Notes under the pieces: generated by a model | Database searches by the model: none | Told to the model about the DNA's origin: nothing | The model's input: the letters and a program-made list of their open reading frames with translations, nothing else | Shown here: in pieces, positions 63,226-64,000 of the stretch | Layout: every line of letters starts with the position of its first letter | How positions within the stretch are numbered: the first letter of the stretch is position 1 | Program-made: the position numbers and the translations under genes | Source: Eledone cirrhosa | Lineage: Eukaryota | Assembly (NCBI GenBank): GCA_964016885.1 | Contig: OZ024742.1 | Span: 346,456,001-346,520,000 of the forward strand | Reading direction: 5' to 3' | DNA length: 64,000 nt

Positions 63226-63387
63226 CAGTTTATTAAATCGACCCAAAGTACTTTATTTTATCCATCCAATGAAGATAAAAGGTAAAGTTGACTTCGGTGG
63301 GATTTGAAATCTTAACGTAAGGAACTGAAATAAATACCGCAAGGTATTTTGTCTGATCCTCTAACGATCCTGTCAATCCACTACCTT
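63226..63387 (-). mobile_element. Degenerate tRNA-derived SINE fragment (resembles an abundant octopus SINE family), 3' part running into the satellite
   Basis: Minus strand reads AAGGTAGTGGATTGACAGGATCGTTAG...AAAATACCTTGCGGTATTT...TTACGTTAAGATTTCAAATCCCACCGAAGTCAACTTTACCTTTTATCTTCATTGGATGGATAAAATAAAGTAC...GGGTCGATTTAAT. It has an A-box-like TGACAGGATCG (63365-63375) and a B-box-like ATTTCAAATCC (63300-63310). It is collinear with an octopus SINE consensus as I recall it (GGCGAGCTGGCAGAATCGTTAG...GAGTTCAAATTCCGCCGAGGTCGACTTTGCCTTTCATCCTTTCGGGGTCGATAAAATAAGTACC...GGGGTCGAT). The family assignment is from memory, not a search. Confidence 0.7.
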
Positions 63388-63486
63388 TTAAACATAAAAC
63401 ACTACAACTATAACTGTGCACACGTCCAAGGCACATATAGCCGTGCTCATTTATAGAGGGACAGACGTAATAAATATAAGACTCGC

Positions 63487-63628
63487 GATGATGGTGGTGA
63501 TGATAGTGGTGGGGTGATGGTGATAATGATGATGACGATGATCACGATGATGATGGTGGTGGTGGTGGTGGTGGTGGTGGTGGTGGTGGTGGTGGTGGTG
63601 ATGACGATGATGAAGATGACGATGATGG

Positions 63629-63699
<71 letters not shown>

Positions 63700-63718
63700 T
63701 TGATGTGATGTTGATGAT
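63487..63718 (+). repeat. Compound trinucleotide microsatellite (GAT/GGT/GAC)n including pure (GTG)15 and (ATG)23
   Basis: (GTG)15 at 63556-63600 and (ATG)23 at 63631-63699, flanked by degenerate in-phase triplets. Confidence 0.97.
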
Positions 63719-63769
63719 TCTTATCGCTGAACACCTTAATCAAAAGGTGAAAGTGATTGATAAACTCAA

Positions 63770-63997
63770 ATGTGTGTATGTTTGTGTCAGTGTGAGTGTG
63801 TGTATGTTCGTCTGAGTGTGTGTATGATTGAATTTGCGCGCGTGTATGTGTGCGTGTGTGATCGAGTGTGAGTGTGTATGTGCGTGTGTGATCGAGTCTG
63901 AGTGTGTTTATGTTCGTGTTTGCGTGTGTGTGTGTGTGTGTGTATGTTCGTGTTTGCGTGTGTGTGTGTGTGTGTGTGTTCGTGTTTGCGTGTGTAT
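63770..63997 (+). repeat. Compound (TG)n microsatellite with short duplicated interruptions
   Basis: TG runs are interrupted by the recurring motifs gcgtgtgtgatcgagt (2x) and gttcgtgtttgcgtg (3x). Confidence 0.93.
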
Positions 63998-64000
63998 AGG

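Larger units (their letters stand above)
1..63230 (+). repeat. Large tandem satellite/minisatellite array, 22-bp unit GGAGGGTAAG(T/C)TAGTTGGAGGT, ~2,900 copies, open at left window edge
   Basis: Unit read directly, e.g. 781-802 ggagggtaagttagttggaggt followed by the next ggaggg. I saw no unique insertion or inversion up to ~63230. Copy number is length/22. Minor 16-, 19- and 21-bp deletion variants occur. The consensus is 11 G, 6 T, 5 A, 0 C (1 C in the GCTAG variant). Confidence 0.99.

Noticed and set aside
1-63230. CRISPR array
   Set aside because: Units are directly adjacent with no unique spacers, and there are no cas genes or leader; the context is eukaryotic-like.
1-63230. Telomerase-made telomere with a long repeat unit
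   Set aside because: The G-rich strand runs 5'->3' into the internal flank rather than towards a possible chromosome end. Multi-kb copies of variant patterns indicate recombination or replication copying, not templated addition. There are no TTAGGG/TTAGG runs.
1-63230. Repetitive Gly-rich protein gene
   Set aside because: The 22-bp unit shifts frame with each copy and has TAA/TAG on both strands, closing all six frames within a few units; the ORF track shows nothing here.
1-63230. Variant pattern as an information-bearing code or diversity-generating cassette library
   Set aside because: The recurrences are explained by nested block duplication. No recombinase, reverse transcriptase or expression site is present in the window.
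1-63230. Centromeric function
   Set aside because: It cannot be supported from sequence alone; it would need CENP-A ChIP or FISH.
63290-63387. Functional tRNA gene
   Set aside because: The boxes are degenerate, I cannot fold a complete cloverleaf, and the downstream sequence continues as SINE-like body.
63233-63436. 67-aa minus-strand ORF
   Set aside because: Short, no recognisable domain, and it overlaps the SINE-like fragment; a chance ORF.
63447-63743. 98-aa poly-Ile/poly-Thr ORF (-) and 64-aa poly-Met/poly-Val ORF (+, 63514-63708)
   Set aside because: Both are translations of the trinucleotide microsatellite, which lacks stops in those frames.

Overview
About 98.8% of this window (1 to ~63230) is one uninterrupted tandem array of a 22-bp G-rich unit, consensus GGAGGGTAAG(T/C)TAGTTGGAGGT, roughly 2,900 copies, still open at the left edge. 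There is no coding capacity in it. Rare variant units recur in the same order and show nested higher-order duplications, with periods or offsets of about 0.5, 0.76, 1.7, 1.9, 2.5, 3.4, 4.1, 4.6, 8.7-8.9 and 11.2 kb. Variant haplotypes also change from left to right along the array. The array ends directly against a degenerate, minus-strand, tRNA-derived SINE fragment (~63226-63387), which by my recollection resembles an abundant octopus SINE. Compound (GAT/GGT)n and (TG)n microsatellites follow. The sequence looks eukaryotic, and the three supplied ORFs are spurious. The most interesting hypotheses are that the satellite was seeded from the C-rich 3' part of the adjacent SINE, and that the unit carries a 5' splice-site/U1 motif, a four-GG-tract G4 motif and, on the opposite strand, an ACTAAC branch-point/STAR-protein motif. 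All offsets were counted by eye from marker variants; block boundaries are approximate.
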